Under the pieces are notes generated by a model that made no database searches, had not been told where the DNA came from, and saw only the letters and a program-made list of their open reading frames with translations. DNA of 64,000 bases, taken from an uncultured Chloroflexia bacterium (GTDB lineage Bacteria; Chloroflexota; Limnocylindria; Limnocylindrales; CSP1-4). Positions 10,633-19,620 of this stretch are shown one piece after another. A program made the translations under genes and the position numbers. Position 1 is the stretch's first letter. Each line of letters begins with the position of its first letter. The DNA is taken from contig CAVVJT010000008.1 of the NCBI GenBank assembly GCA_963748625.1, positions 1 to 64,000 of the forward strand, given 5' to 3'.

Positions 10633-11151
10633 TCAGCCCACGACGGTGATCGTGCCCCGCATCCCGGCCTCGTAGTGGCCGGCCACGTGGCAGGCGAAGG
10701 CGTAGGGTCCGCTGCCGTCGAAGGTGAAGGTGACCGACTTCGTCTGCATCATCCCGATGTCCGCGACCTCGGGCGTGCCCTCCGCGTCGGCCGCGACGGC
10801 GTCGGCCGGACCCACCATGAACTCGTGGACGAGGCCGCCCATCGAGGTGACCTCGAAGGTCACCGTCTCGCCCTTCGCCACCGTGATTGACGACGGCGAG
10901 AACGTGTAGCCGGGGCCGGCGACCACGCGGACGACCCGGGGGGCAGCGACCGTGCCGGCGACGAACCCGGCCTCGCCGGGTCCGGGTGCGGTGGCCGCAG
11001 CGCTGCCATAGCCGCCCATCATCCCGCCGGTGCCGGCGCCGCCCATCATGCCGGCGATGCCGGCACCTCCGTCGGCCACGGTGCCCGTCCCGATCAGGAG
11101 GGCGCCGCCGAGCACGAGCCCGGCACCCAGGAGCCCCAGCCGGCCGTTCAT
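10633..11151 (-). CDS. plastocyanin/azurin-type copper-binding protein
   Basis: Signal peptide, Met-rich linker, HEF...ACHVAGHYEAGM type-1 copper ligands. Confidence 0.88.
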   Translation of the reverse strand: MNGRLGLLGAGLVLGGALLIGTGTVADGGAGIAGMMGGAGTGGMMGGYGSAAATAPGPGEAGFVAGTVAAPRVVRVVAGPGYTFSPSSITVAKGETVTFEVTSMGGLVHEFMVGPADAVAADAEGTPEVADIGMMQTKSVTFTFDGSGPYAFACHVAGHYEAGMRGTITVVG

Positions 11152-11411
11152 CGCCCGGCCTCGAGAGTCTGTTTCGCCGCGAGGTACTCGTCCGCGGTCA
11201 TCTCGCCGCGGGCAAATCGGACCCGCAGTACCTCGAGGGCGTCATCGCCTGCGGGCCGCGGGGCCTGCCCGTGGGGAGCGTGCTGCGACTGGCCGACCTT
11301 GCCGATCGCCCAGGCGACCAGGACGATCAACCCGACCAGGAGGAGTGCCCCGCCGAGCATGCCCAGCCAGCCTCCCATGCCGAACCCGAGTCCGGCTCCG
11401 TATCCCATCAT
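11148..11411 (-). CDS. SHOCT-domain membrane protein
   Basis: MMGYG...TM...ALEVLRVRFARGEMTADEY; GAAGGAG RBS. Confidence 0.85.
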   Translation of the reverse strand: MMGYGAGLGFGMGGWLGMLGGALLLVGLIVLVAWAIGKVGQSQHAPHGQAPRPAGDDALEVLRVRFARGEMTADEYLAAKQTLEAGR

Positions 11412-11493
11412 CTTCGTGTCTCCTTCTCGTTCGCCCCGCTTGGGGCTCGATGTGAACGATGGACCTCGAGGCTCAGGCTGGCCGCTCGACCGT

Positions 11494-11513
11494 CTCAAGA
11501 TCGGCTCAAGATC
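11494..11513. promoter_or_regulatory. perfect direct repeat CTCAAGATC-N2-CTCAAGATC, candidate CopR-type box
   Basis: Lies upstream of the SHOCT-cupredoxin-RR-HK operon. Confidence 0.6.
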
Positions 11514-11619
11514 TGCTGCCCGGGCCTGTCGCGATCGGGAACGCGACCGTGTTGTGGCCGACTGCTCAGCGGAGGTTCTGGCGCAGGTTCCGGACGGTTG
11601 CGCGCGACAAGGCACTGGC

Positions 11620-11750
11620 GGGTCGCATGCAGCTCCTTCACCTTGGCGGTCTGGCCGGGCGGCACCTCCGCGAGCACTGGATCGAGGCCGACCTCGGCCT
11701 CGATCCGAGCGGTGGTGGCCTGGTTGTCGCCGGTCAACGCGGAGCAGGTT
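11620..11750 (-). pseudogene. P1B-type ATPase remnant
   Basis: LTGDNQATTARIEAEVGLDPVLAEVPPGQTAKVKELH is the TGDN region of heavy-metal ATPases. Confidence 0.7.
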
Positions 11751-11771
11751 GCGGCGGGCGCCGGGCACGGC

Positions 11772-12005
11772 TCACGGCTTGACTGGACGGCCGACTCGAT
11801 ACCCAACCTTCTCGATGACCCGCGCCAGCGTCCACGCGTCGGTCTCCGCTGGGTCGTACTCGACATAGGCCGTCTCTGTGGCGGGGTTCACGTACACGCT
11901 GACGACTCCGTCGGTCGCGGCGAGCTGCCGCTCGATCGTCGACGCGCCCGCTCCACCACAGCCGAGGTCGTACACCGGGATCCGAAGTCCGCGCCTGATG
12001 TCCAT
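11772..12005 (-). CDS. HMA-domain protein with a single Cys
   Basis: DLGCGGAGASTIERQL...GVVSVYVNPATETAYVEYDP...IEKVGY. Confidence 0.8.
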   Translation of the reverse strand: MDIRRGLRIPVYDLGCGGAGASTIERQLAATDGVVSVYVNPATETAYVEYDPAETDAWTLARVIEKVGYRVGRPVKP

Positions 12006-12027
12006 GCCGCGAGCGTCGCGTGACCCG

Positions 12028-12054
12028 CTGAGGCATACCTGAGCGAATCATGAG
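12028..12054 (-). promoter_or_regulatory. box array G
   Basis: CTGAG 12028, CTGAG 12039, ATGAG 12050; on - strand N10, GACGCT, N6, ATG 12005. Confidence 0.75.
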
Positions 12055-12109
12055 AGTTGCTCAACTCCGCGGCCCTCGCGTCGGACTGGCGCCCACAGTC
12101 CGCGTAGCA

Positions 12110-12136
12110 CTCAGGTTCGCCTCAGCAATGCCTAAG
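12110..12136 (+). promoter_or_regulatory. box array H (CopD gene)
   Basis: CTCAG 12110, CTCAG 12121, CTAAG 12132, N10, CACCGT. Confidence 0.7.
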
Positions 12137-12225
12137 GTGGATCGCCCACCGTCGCGTGGGCGGCGCGCCGTTCGGGCAACGGGCTCTTGCAGCGCCGGCC
12201 GCAGACCAGCCACCGTTGGGAGATC

Positions 12226-12705
12226 ATGGACCTCTTACAGATCGGCGCATCGTGGCTTCACCTCGTCGCCACCGTCGTGCTGCTCGGCTTCGTCGGCGTC
12301 ATGGGGTTGGTGGTGTTGCCGGTCCTCCGGCGTGACTTGGAGAACTCCAAGGCCTGCGACCTGACCGCAGCATTCGAGCGACGCGCGCTCCCCGGCCTCG
12401 TGTTTGCCCTCGTCGCGTTCCTGGCGACCGGTGTCTACCTGACGGTGTCGGACGCCAGATACGGCGGTGCAGGCAGCGTCGTGGGCTCAAGCTGGGCCAC
12501 CATCCTCGCGCTCAAGCATGTGCTGGTGGCCGTGGTATTGGGACTCGGCCTGTATGCCGATGGCCTCATCGCCAGGAAGCTCGCGATCGCCGATGCGCCG
12601 GATCGAAGTGCCGCCTTTTCCCGGCTAGACGTCGTCATCAAGGCGATGACCTTCGCGGGTGCCACGGCGCTCCTCCTCACGGCCATCGCCGCCGAGACCG
12701 GCTGA
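12226..12705 (+). CDS. CopD-family membrane protein
   Basis: WLHLVATVV...LATGVY...ILALKHVLV, four TM segments. Confidence 0.7.
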   Translation: MDLLQIGASWLHLVATVVLLGFVGVMGLVVLPVLRRDLENSKACDLTAAFERRALPGLVFALVAFLATGVYLTVSDARYGGAGSVVGSSWATILALKHVLVAVVLGLGLYADGLIARKLAIADAPDRSAAFSRLDVVIKAMTFAGATALLLTAIAAETG

Positions 12706-12885
12706 CCCAGCTTCAGCCCGCCGGTCACGTGGTGCCAATGGGTCGACCACCACGTCCGCCTGACGTGCGAGGTCTTCCGCCCCAATGTCAGCGGCCGCCG
12801 GACCATGTCCGCGGCCACCATCGCGAACCCCGTGTCGGCGCTCTGTGCCATGGCCTTGGGCGTTTCCTCGTAACCCGACCCATGT

Positions 12886-12912
12886 CTCATGCCGTCCTCA
12901 GCCGGCGCTCAG
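12886..12912 (+). promoter_or_regulatory. box array I
   Basis: CTCAT 12886, CTCAG 12897, CTCAG 12908, N10, AAGAGT, N6, ATG 12935. Confidence 0.75.
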
Positions 12913-12934
12913 CCTCGCCGGTAAGAGTCACCGC

Positions 12935-13110
12935 ATGAACCGAAGGCACCACCTGCGGATCCCGGTCCGGGAGCTGGGATGCGGAGTCACGTCAACCCGG
13001 CAACCGGGACGGCGTACTTCGAGGTCGACCCGGCCCACGTCGCCGTGATCTTTGTGGCCCGTGCGATCGCCGACGGGCGCTATCGGCCGGGGCGTCCCGT
13101 CCTCGACGAG
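12935..13110 (+). pseudogene. HMA-like paralog with internal deletion/frameshift
   Basis: MNRRHHLRIPVRELGCG joined out of frame to HVNPATGTAYFEVDP...GRYRPGRP. Confidence 0.65.
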
Positions 13111-13185
13111 CAAGACCAGCCAGCAGGCCGCATTTGGACGCCGCCACGAGTCTGGACGCGTGGCACAACGAAGGAGACATTGATC

Positions 13186-13389
13186 GTGCATGAGCATCAC
13201 GCCAAGCCGCAGGCCACCGATCCGGTCTGCGGAATGCGCATTGCCGACGACACCGCGGTCGTCGTCGAGTACCGCGGGACGACCTACCGGTTCTGTGATC
13301 CGGCGTGTGCCGAGACGTTCCGCGACGAGCCCGGGCGATGGGTTGGCGCCGGGGACGAGCCCGGCTTCACGCACTCGCACAGCCACTGA
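13186..13389 (+). CDS. YHS domain protein
   Basis: DPVCGM...YRGTTYRFCDPAC; AAGGAG RBS; His-rich termini. Confidence 0.85.
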   Translation: MHEHHAKPQATDPVCGMRIADDTAVVVEYRGTTYRFCDPACAETFRDEPGRWVGAGDEPGFTHSHSH

Positions 13390-13452
13390 GCTTCCGCCGG
13401 ACACACCCGGCCACACGCGCCCGACCCAGGACATCACAAAAGGGGAGCACCC

Positions 13453-14724
13453 GTGGGCCAGCGATCGCGCACCGAGCGTAGGCGGGCGTCGGCCAATAGA
13501 GCCCGAGACGGGCGACGGACCGGGCACGCCGGCGAGCAGCCGCGCCGCGCTTCATCCCCGACGCCCGGGTCGGCGCCGGAGTCAGCACATGACACAGTGT
13601 CCTCCGAGGCTCCCGGCTCCGAGGCTCCCGGCTCCGAGGCTCCCGGCTCCGAGGCTCCCGGCTCCGAGGCTCCCGGCTCCGAGGCTCCCGACCAGGCGGG
13701 CATCGTGGTCTCGCATTGGTTCGAGTCCGGGCCGGCAGGTGGCCCGCCCTACGCCGCGCACATCCGGCTGACTGGGAGGCGGCGCAATGTCGTCGGGCGG
13801 CCGTCGAACCGGGACCTCTTCGCCCGGGACGTGACGGTATCGGGCGTGGTCCCTGGCTCCGGCCGCGTCAGCACCTCGTCGTGGATCTACGGCGTCAATG
13901 CGGGGGAGTGGGATGTCACTGCCGATCTGATTGGCCCTGAACGCGCCCGGGCCGCAACGCCGGACCTCCACCTGCCCCAGGCATCGTGGTCCTGGCGGCA
14001 CTGGTCGGTCCGGTCCGCGGAGCGAGAGGCGATCCAGACACGGTGGGCGCTCCTGGCGCCGTTCGCCTCATCGCCGGCCGTCCTCCCCGGCAGCTTCACC
14101 CTGCTCGCCGTCGTCGCGATTGTTGGCGCGATCCTCTCCCAGCCGATCTTCCTCACGGCGCTGGGCGTCGATGCTGGTGCGGCGCTCGTTGCGTCCGTGC
14201 TGGGGCTGATCGTCGGGCTCGCGGGAGCCAAGGCCTGGTACATGGTCCTCAAGGGCCCCTCGAGACAGACCCTCCGGGAGGGCTGGTCCGTCGACGGCTT
14301 CCTGGTGGCGGCCCCAGTCACGGCGGTGCTTCTGGCGGCGGCACAGGGCCTCGACATTGGGGCGTATCTCGATGGTGTGGCACCGGGCATCTTCCTCGCC
14401 GTGGCGATCGGGCGCGTGGGCTGCTTCCTGACCGGCTGCTGCGCCGGACGTCCGACGGCGGGGTGGGGGGTCTGGTCGTCCGATCGCCGGGTGGGCGCAC
14501 GTCGTGTCCCGGCCCAGTTGCTCGAGTCGGCGACCGGCCTGGCCCTGGCGTCGCTGGCGGCACTGCTGATCTTTGGCGGGCTCCTCGGCGGAACAGGTCT
14601 TGTTTTCGTGATCACGATCGCGGCCTACGTCGCGAGCCGACAGGGCCTGTTGCGGCTGCGTGCGGAGGCCCGTCCCTTCTCCTGGCGCCGGGCCGCTCGG
14701 CCGGCGCCCGCACGGGCGCGATGA
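13453..14724 (+). CDS. Lgt-family (prolipoprotein diacylglyceryl transferase-like) protein, copy 1
   Basis: GAKAWY, AIGRVGCFLTGCCAGR, PAQLLE; extra N-terminal soluble domain. Confidence 0.75.
   Translation: MGQRSRTERRRASANRARDGRRTGHAGEQPRRASSPTPGSAPESAHDTVSSEAPGSEAPGSEAPGSEAPGSEAPGSEAPDQAGIVVSHWFESGPAGGPPYAAHIRLTGRRRNVVGRPSNRDLFARDVTVSGVVPGSGRVSTSSWIYGVNAGEWDVTADLIGPERARAATPDLHLPQASWSWRHWSVRSAEREAIQTRWALLAPFASSPAVLPGSFTLLAVVAIVGAILSQPIFLTALGVDAGAALVASVLGLIVGLAGAKAWYMVLKGPSRQTLREGWSVDGFLVAAPVTAVLLAAAQGLDIGAYLDGVAPGIFLAVAIGRVGCFLTGCCAGRPTAGWGVWSSDRRVGARRVPAQLLESATGLALASLAALLIFGGLLGGTGLVFVITIAAYVASRQGLLRLRAEARPFSWRRAARPAPARAR
13603..13690 (+). repeat. 15-bp tandem repeat x6 (SEAPG)
   Basis: TCCGAGGCTCCCGGC units. 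Confidence 0.95.
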
Positions 14725-14924
14725 CCCGCTGGACCTCCCACGCCGGAGCGGTCACCGCTGAGGCCGCGGACGCGGGAGACGTCTCGTGGCCGGAACCGGA
14801 GCTTGCGGCTGACCGCACGCGGCGCACGACGGGCCCGGAAGGTCTGCCGCGCAGCGGATGACCCGATCTCCGCCAGTGTCACGACAGATCGTCTGGTAGC
14901 GAACGGGGCTCTGGCCTACGCAGT

Positions 14925-14951
14925 CTCACCGGATGCTCACGTGCGCTTCAG
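14925..14951 (+). promoter_or_regulatory. box array J (DoxX gene)
   Basis: CTCAC 14925, CTCAC 14936, TTCAG 14947, N10, CAGCAT. Confidence 0.7.
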
Positions 14952-15027
14952 GCGCGGCGCGCAGCATGCTGGTCGCCGTGACCGAGCAGCGCGGATGCGC
15001 GGGCCCGGAGTACCCCGCGGCGGAAAG

Positions 15028-15576
15028 GTGAATCGGATGGACGGAAGCTCACGCGCTCGTGCCCGAGGCCTCGCGACGCTACGGATCGTGCTCGGCGTCG
15101 GTTTCCTGTGGGCAGGCATCGAGAAGTGGCTCAACTTTGCGGGTGACGCAGCGCCCTGGTCGGCCGCAGGCTTCCTCAAGTTCGCGACGGCAGGCACCGT
15201 GCCAAACATGGTCGGCCATACCGAAACCATGGTCCACAATCCGACGCAGGGCGTCTGGCTCGGGCTCGCCGCGAACCCGGAGCTGCTCGGCCTGGTCAAC
15301 TTCCTGGTCGTCTTCGGCGAGATCGCGATCGGCGTGATGCTTGTGCTCGGCGTGGCGACGCGCCTCGCGGGCGTTCTCGGTGCGGTGATGATGCTCCTCT
15401 TCTGGGTCGCCGCGTGGAACTTCCAGTTCGGCATCGTGAACCAGCAGTTCATCTATGGGATTCTGTCCCTCGTCGTCGCGTTCACCGCCGCGGGCAAGAC
15501 CGCGGGCCTTGACGCCCGGCTGGAAGACGTCGAGGTCGTGCGCCGGTCAACGGTGGCGCGAGCCGTCGTCGGATAG
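15028..15576 (+). CDS. DoxX/DoxD family membrane protein
   Basis: LRIVLGVGFLWAGIEK...GEIAIG...AGLD. Confidence 0.8.
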   Translation: MNRMDGSSRARARGLATLRIVLGVGFLWAGIEKWLNFAGDAAPWSAAGFLKFATAGTVPNMVGHTETMVHNPTQGVWLGLAANPELLGLVNFLVVFGEIAIGVMLVLGVATRLAGVLGAVMMLLFWVAAWNFQFGIVNQQFIYGILSLVVAFTAAGKTAGLDARLEDVEVVRRSTVARAVVG

Positions 15577-15873
15577 GCATTTCCTGAGGGCAGCGCGGCT
15601 GGCGGAGGGCTCCGCCAGCCGCGCTCGTCTGCCAGTTCTCCGGATGGCCCACGACGCTGATCGCCGGCCGAGACGTTGACGTCGTGTGCTCGCCGGACCG
15701 GCGTGCTCTCGGGGCCGTGCTCTCGGGGCGAAGACCTCGTGTCTGCGCTGGCACGCTACGGATCGACCCGAGCGGTCGGATCACCTGCTATGAACCTTCC
15801 GCGTCATCCCTGCCCCGGGGATCCAGCCCTCCTCGCGTGATCGAGCACGACGCGCTTGTGGCGATGGCGGCTT

Positions 15874-15911
15874 CTCAGGACCCGCTCAGCGAGGCCTCAG
15901 TGGCGGCTCAC
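15874..15911 (+). promoter_or_regulatory. box array K (four copies)
   Basis: CTCAG 15874, 15885, 15896, CTCAC 15907, N10, GATCCT, N6, ATG 15934. Confidence 0.8.
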
Positions 15912-15933
15912 GAGAAGGTCCGATCCTTCCGCA

Positions 15934-16278
15934 ATGACAGCAACCAGTTCAAGGACAGCAACCAGTTCAAGGAATCAAACCGCCGTGCTTGCCCATGCGC
16001 TCCGAGCGGCAGGGCAGGCAGCCAACGTCGCACAGATGGTGCGATCCGGCGCTCGCTTCGAGGATGTTGCCCAGCAGCTCCTTGCCACCCGCGGCTCCTT
16101 CGATGCGCTGCTCCTGCGCATGGTGGAGCTAGAGCTGGCAGGGCGCGAGGAGTGGACACCCGATCCGGAACGGGTGGTTCACGTGTTGCGCACGGCATTC
16201 CACAGATCGGCCAAGTCGCCCGGCATTGCGCCATGGCCTGCCGGTCAGCTGCCGCCCTCAGAAAGGACCAATTCGTGA
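15934..16278 (+). CDS. CsoR/RcnR-like protein lacking Cys/His ligands
   Basis: LRAAGQAANVAQMV...FEDVAQQLLATRGSFDALL matches the CsoR helix pattern. Confidence 0.55.
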   Translation: MTATSSRTATSSRNQTAVLAHALRAAGQAANVAQMVRSGARFEDVAQQLLATRGSFDALLLRMVELELAGREEWTPDPERVVHVLRTAFHRSAKSPGIAPWPAGQLPPSERTNS

Positions 16279-16754
16279 CCCGACATCGGATCAGCGCGAA
16301 GGGATCGGACCATCCGCGCGCGACTCGTCCGGCACTCCGCCTGCCGAAATCGATCCGTCAGGTCATCTTCACAGCGATCGCAGTCGTCGTTGGCCTCGCC
16401 GCGGTCGGACTCGTTGTCACGCGCCTCCTGCCCGGTACGGCGACTGACGTGACCGCGATCCAGGTGAGCGCGAGCATGGGTGGATTCGACCCGCCTGTCA
16501 TGCAGGCGAAGGCCGGGTCGACTGTGCGAGTCGAGTTCGCGTCCACGGACACCCCATTCCACAGTGACGGCGGGGGCTGGCACGAACTCGCCATCGAGAA
16601 GCTCGGCATTGACTGGAAGGTTGCCCCCCAGAGCAGCCAGGTCTTCGAATTCACGGTTCCCTCCGAACCGGGCACATACGCCTTCTATTGCGACATCTGC
16701 TGCGGGGGCAAGGAGAATCCCTCGATGCAGGGTCGTTTGACTGTCACCGCCTGA
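16275..16754 (+). CDS. membrane-anchored cupredoxin
   Basis: TM, WHEL...PGTYAFYCDICCGGKENPSMQG. Confidence 0.8.
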   Translation: MTRHRISAKGSDHPRATRPALRLPKSIRQVIFTAIAVVVGLAAVGLVVTRLLPGTATDVTAIQVSASMGGFDPPVMQAKAGSTVRVEFASTDTPFHSDGGGWHELAIEKLGIDWKVAPQSSQVFEFTVPSEPGTYAFYCDICCGGKENPSMQGRLTVTA

Positions 16755-17614
16755 TGACCACGGCCCGCGCCGTCATGCCGTCCCGCCGGTCGCTCGCACT
16801 CGCCCTGGGTGCCGCCATTGGCGGGGCGGCGGTCCTCGTGACGGTCATCGCGCCTATGCCGTCCGGCGCGGAGCACAGCTCGATCACAGGTCTCACGGTC
16901 CCCGCCATTGTCAGCGCCGGGTTCCTCGACGGCTTCAACCCTTGCGCCTTCGGCGTGCTGATCCTGTTTGCCACGTTCGCGCTGGGGCTCGCTGCACGGG
17001 AGTCGGTCGCAGGTGGCGGGAGTGCCAGCATGAGCGCTCGTACCGCAAGCCGGACCGTGCTCGGGCTCGGGGCCTTCTTCGTCGCGGGCGTGCTGGTGAC
17101 GTACTTCCTGCTAGGGCTTGGCCTGCTCGGGGCGGTCGCGTCCTTCGCGGACTTCGGCGGCAACCATCTCCCGAGCCGTGTCGCAGCGCTGATCTCGATC
17201 GCAATGGGGACCTGGATGCTTAGGGACGTGCTCCTCCCGGACGCGCCGCTGCAGCTCGCGGCGCCGCACGCCCTGCACGGGCGAATGCGACTTTGGGCAC
17301 GGACGAGCTCGCCAGTCGCCCTGTTTGGCGGCGGCGTTCTCATTGGCCTGTGCACGGTTCCGTGCAGTGGCGCGGTGTATCTGGGAGTGGTTGCGCTGCT
17401 CGGCACCGCAGGCAGCGTTGGGGCCGGCCTCGCAGGCCTCGCCCTTTACAACCTCGCGTACATCACGCCCCTGATGGGCCTGCTCCTCCTTGCGAGCCGA
17501 CCCGGCCTGATCCGCCGTCTCAACCGGTGGCACTTGGCGCATGCAAGCGGGACGAAGCTGCTGCTGGCGCTCGTGGTACTGGCACTTGGGTTTGCCATCC
17601 TGGTCACGGTCTAG
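16754..17614 (+). CDS. CcdA/DsbD-like transmembrane electron transporter
   Basis: DGFNPCAF and TVPCSGAVY, two PC motifs. Confidence 0.75.
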   Translation: MTTARAVMPSRRSLALALGAAIGGAAVLVTVIAPMPSGAEHSSITGLTVPAIVSAGFLDGFNPCAFGVLILFATFALGLAARESVAGGGSASMSARTASRTVLGLGAFFVAGVLVTYFLLGLGLLGAVASFADFGGNHLPSRVAALISIAMGTWMLRDVLLPDAPLQLAAPHALHGRMRLWARTSSPVALFGGGVLIGLCTVPCSGAVYLGVVALLGTAGSVGAGLAGLALYNLAYITPLMGLLLLASRPGLIRRLNRWHLAHASGTKLLLALVVLALGFAILVTV

Positions 17615-18123
17615 CGATCGCCAGGTGGCCAGCTCGACAACTGGCTCCTGTCGGGTGACCTGACCATGCGCGATCTGTGGAGGCCTTCCTCGATCAAGTC
17701 CACTGGCGAACCGCCCCGTGACCGGCCTTGTGCCGCGTATGCGGGCGGCGTGGCGGATCGTGGCCGGAAGGCTCGACGACTGCTCACGCCCCGCTCAATG
17801 AGGCGCTCGGCGGGCATTCCACCATTCCACCGGGCGGTCCATGACCGGCGGCCGAGGTCATGCTTGGCTTGCTGCGGCCGGCAGCGGCCCAGGGCAGCAT
17901 GCAGTGTCGCCCGACGCCGAGGGATGCTCACGGGAGCCTCGAGCTCGAGCGCGCGCCCATGGCGCAGGGCCTGCGCTGGCGCGGCCGCGGGGAGGTGACG
18001 CATGTCCCCGGTACGTGAGGGTGTGGACCGCGTCACAACGCCTCCTCGGGCCCGCGGGGCGCGAGGAGATCGGTGCGGTGCCGGTGCGGGCGCGTGCTGG
18101 ACGGATCCCCGGCAACGACGTCG

Positions 18124-19215
18124 TCAGTGCTTCCGGTGGATGACGGCGGTGTCCGCAGAGGCGCGAATCCTCCTGCGGACATCGTCCGCGTCGATCGCGC
18201 CATAACGACTGTCGCCGCGGACGAGCACCACCCCGACGTCCTCCAGGGCGCGCGCGAGGTCGGACGCCGGGGTGTTGCCTTGAACGATCGGCACCGCGCG
18301 GGCCGGGACCATGACGTCGCCACAACGGGTGTCCGCGCCTACTGCTGCCTTGAACTGGTGCAGGCCGATGACGCCGACGAAGAGGGCGCCCCCGTCGATC
18401 ACGAGTGACGGACACGTTCGTGCCGCGGGCGTTAGGTCGGCGATGCGGTCATCCACTCGCCGAACGGCAGTGACCGGTGCCGCGAGGTCCGCAGCGGTGT
18501 GACTCCGAAGGAACCGAGCCGCGTGGTCAAGTCGCAAGGTCGCCTCGGCACGAGACCAGACAACGATCACAGTCGCCACCCCAATCACCGAGAGCATCGG
18601 GGTGCCAAGCGCCAGCGACAGCAGGGCGAGCACGCCACCGAGCACGAGCGCCACGGCGGTCGCCGCGTGGGCCGTGTGCGCCGGGAGGTGCGACGCGTCC
18701 GGGCACCACAGCGCGCCGAGCGCGGCCGCCCCATCCCACGCGCTGAGTCCAGGCAACGGGAGGAGCGTCGCAAGCAGGAGTGCGGCGTTTGCGAGAACGG
18801 CCAGCGAGCCGATCGCATGCTGGTAGCTGCCCGGGACGGTGGACGACGCGGCACTCAGGGCGATTCCGGCCAGCAAGGCGGACACGGCGCCGCCCGCCCC
18901 GAGTGCCGCCAGCCGGCGCACCGGTGAGGCATGACTGCTGGCATCGCGCGGCCCGCGGAGCACCTCCGCAGCCGTCACGGGACGAGCATGCAGCACCACG
19001 GCTCGCAGGACTCGGGGTAGAACCAGCGACATGGCGATGACGTACGCGCTGGCGACCACGGCAAGCACCGCCTCACTCGCAGAGGACGCAGGGTGTGCGG
19101 GGAGGTAGACGGCAGCGAACATCGCCGCCGCGATCACCGCCGGCGCAAGAACGAGCTCCACGCGACCATGCGCGGCGGCTGACGTCCCCAATGCCGGCGT
19201 CCTGCCTCGATGCAT
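18124..19215 (-). CDS. degenerate site-2 protease (M50)-like protein with CBS pair
   Basis: LAALGAGGAVS, LLPLPGLSAWDG, C-terminal CBS-like repeats; no HExxH. Confidence 0.55.
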   Translation of the reverse strand: MHRGRTPALGTSAAAHGRVELVLAPAVIAAAMFAAVYLPAHPASSASEAVLAVVASAYVIAMSLVLPRVLRAVVLHARPVTAAEVLRGPRDASSHASPVRRLAALGAGGAVSALLAGIALSAASSTVPGSYQHAIGSLAVLANAALLLATLLPLPGLSAWDGAAALGALWCPDASHLPAHTAHAATAVALVLGGVLALLSLALGTPMLSVIGVATVIVVWSRAEATLRLDHAARFLRSHTAADLAAPVTAVRRVDDRIADLTPAARTCPSLVIDGGALFVGVIGLHQFKAAVGADTRCGDVMVPARAVPIVQGNTPASDLARALEDVGVVLVRGDSRYGAIDADDVRRRIRASADTAVIHRKH

Positions 19216-19336
19216 GGTCACCGTGCCCGCTCGGACAGAAGGTTTCGCGGCATCGGTAGGGGAGTCTCCATTCAGTACGCCAGTGCGGTACGAGTGCAAG
19301 TGCGGTACGAGTGCCAGTCCAGTGGACGCCGGCCGG

Positions 19337-19374
19337 CTGAATCCCCGGTGAGCCATCAATGAGGCGCCGGTGAG
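19337..19374 (-). promoter_or_regulatory. box array M (four copies)
   Basis: CTGAA 19337, GTGAG 19348, ATGAG 19359, GTGAG 19370. Confidence 0.7.
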
Positions 19375-19586
19375 CATTTGCGCGAGTCGAGCTCGGTGGG
19401 CCCAGTGGGCGGGATCCGTTGGCAGCGGTCCCGCCCACTGGTCGGCCTGTGCAAGAGGCCGTTTCGACGCTGGCCCGGGGGGAGCGGGCCGCCGTCGTCC
19501 AGGTCAGCGGGGTGACACTGCGATCCGCAGTACGCCCCGCCGCCGACGCCTCCAGGGTGAGGCATGTACAAGCGTCATCGTCGCGG

Positions 19587-19613
19587 CTGAGGAGAGCCTG
19601 AGCCCACCATGAG
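19587..19613 (-). promoter_or_regulatory. box array L
   Basis: CTGAG 19587, CTGAG 19598, ATGAG 19609; on - strand N10, GACGCT, N5, ATG 19565. Confidence 0.7.
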
Positions 19614-19620
19614 ACTTCTG

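Noticed and set aside
15806-15822. ATCCC-N7-GGGAT as a CsoR operator
   Set aside because: Weak match to TAC-GC-rich-GTA operators and not clearly repeated elsewhere.
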